This document shows, one piece after another, positions 63,496-64,000 of a stretch of DNA of 64,000 nt (positions are counted from its first letter, which is position 1; each line of letters opens with the position of its first letter). The notes under the pieces were generated by a model. It searched no databases. It saw nothing but the letters and a program-made list of their open reading frames with translations, and was not told where the DNA came from. Made by a program: the position numbers and the translations under genes. The DNA comes from Acidimicrobiales bacterium (GTDB taxonomy: Bacteria > Actinomycetota > Acidimicrobiia > Acidimicrobiales > Aldehydirespiratoraceae): contig OZ242297.1 of the NCBI GenBank assembly GCA_965207755.1, positions 2,375,406-2,439,405 of the forward strand. Direction: 5' to 3'.

Positions 63496-64000
63496 CGGGC
63501 CCTCACCCTCGGGTCGAGCCAGCCGTAGAACAGGTCCACCAGGAAGTTGAGCACCACGAAGGTGCATGCCACCAGCATCACGATCGCCAGCACCACCGGG
63601 AAGTCGTCGCGGATCACGGCGGTCACGATCTCACGGCCGATGCCGGGAATGCCGAAGATCTGCTCCACCACCAGCGACCCCCCGATCAGGGCCCCGGTGC
63701 TCACGCCGAAGACGGTCACGACCGAGAACATCGACGGCCGCAGGGCGTGGCGGAACATGATCCGCAGCGGCGGGAGGCCCTTGGCTCGGGCCATGTGGAC
63801 GAAGTCCTCCTGGAGGGTGGTGATCAGGTCGGTGCGCAGCAGCCGCTGGTAGCTGGCCGCCAGGGGCAGTCCGAGCGTGAGGGCGGGAAGGACCATGGAG
63901 TACACCAGCCCGCCGAGGTTGTCGCTCTCGTAGGCCGAGGGGAAGACCTGCCATCGCAGGGCGAGCAGGTACAGCAGCACGACGCCCAGCGCGAAGTTGG
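63492..64000 (-). CDS. Oligopeptide/dipeptide ABC transporter permease (OppB/DppB-like), 5' end outside window
   Basis: DFVHMARAKGLPPLRIMFRHALRPS loop. The frame stays open to the window edge. Confidence 0.85.
   Translation of the reverse strand, partial: NFALGVVLLYLLALRWQVFPSAYESDNLGGLVYSMVLPALTLGLPLAASYQRLLRTDLITTLQEDFVHMARAKGLPPLRIMFRHALRPSMFSVVTVFGVSTGALIGGSLVVEQIFGIPGIGREIVTAVIRDDFPVVLAIVMLVACTFVVLNFLVDLFYGWLDPRVRAR

Noticed and set aside
1-64000. tRNA, rRNA, tmRNA or riboswitch genes in the intergenic regions.
   Set aside because: Visual scanning of all gaps over 100 bp found no T-loop/anticodon-arm patterns and no riboswitch boxes that I recognise. This is a weak negative and should be confirmed with tRNAscan-SE or Infernal.

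Overview
High-GC (roughly 70% by eye) actinobacterial-type chromosomal segment. Lineage markers are the mycothiol enzymes Mca and an MDMPI-family protein, NucS, an F420-type LLM oxidoreductase, a DUF222-HNH protein and many SDRs. All homology calls come from reading the supplied translations for motifs. No searches or statistics were run.

I support about 60 protein genes, no rRNA or tRNA, and no CRISPR array.

Layout:
(1) 0.65-8.8 kb is a decayed defence/mobile-element island. It holds an hsdR relic, a Panacea(DUF4065)-type antitoxin with a small toxin-like ORF, a truncated IS630 transposase, an HTH-DUF433/PIN-like pair, and an IS5/IS1182-like element that splits a HEPN-like gene in frame.
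(2) 8.9-13.6 kb is a kinase/aldolase/dehydrogenase carbohydrate cluster.
(3) 13.7-26 kb is housekeeping: nucS, VanW, PAP2, LLM, thermonuclease, mca, PhoU-TrkA_C plus an MgtE-like transporter, and ParA.
(4) 26-31.7 kb carries a RecB-like nuclease and an overlapping type IIA topoisomerase pair in A-then-B order.
(5) 32-42.9 kb carries HNH-DUF222, an NCS2 permease, P450, SnoaL, CoA-transferase, NUDIX and an ABC-2 exporter.
(6) 43.2-48 kb encodes two unusual envelope proteins. One is an S41 peptidase with an uninterrupted 70-proline linker and SLH-like repeats. The other is a cupredoxin-like, Cys-repeat protein.
(7) 54.1-56.7 kb is a lower-GC insert with an AAA_21-type ATPase and a frameshifted RloB gene (split-OLD / AbiL-like module), chained by start/stop overlaps to an LMW phosphatase.
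(8) 56.7-59.5 kb has IpdAB-like CoA-transferase genes with a double palindromic operator.
(9) 60.3-64 kb is an Opp/Dpp-type ABC operon whose D/F junction is tandemly duplicated.

A roughly 50-110 bp interspersed repeat occurs four times, and roughly 54-100 bp tandem duplications recur at gene boundaries.
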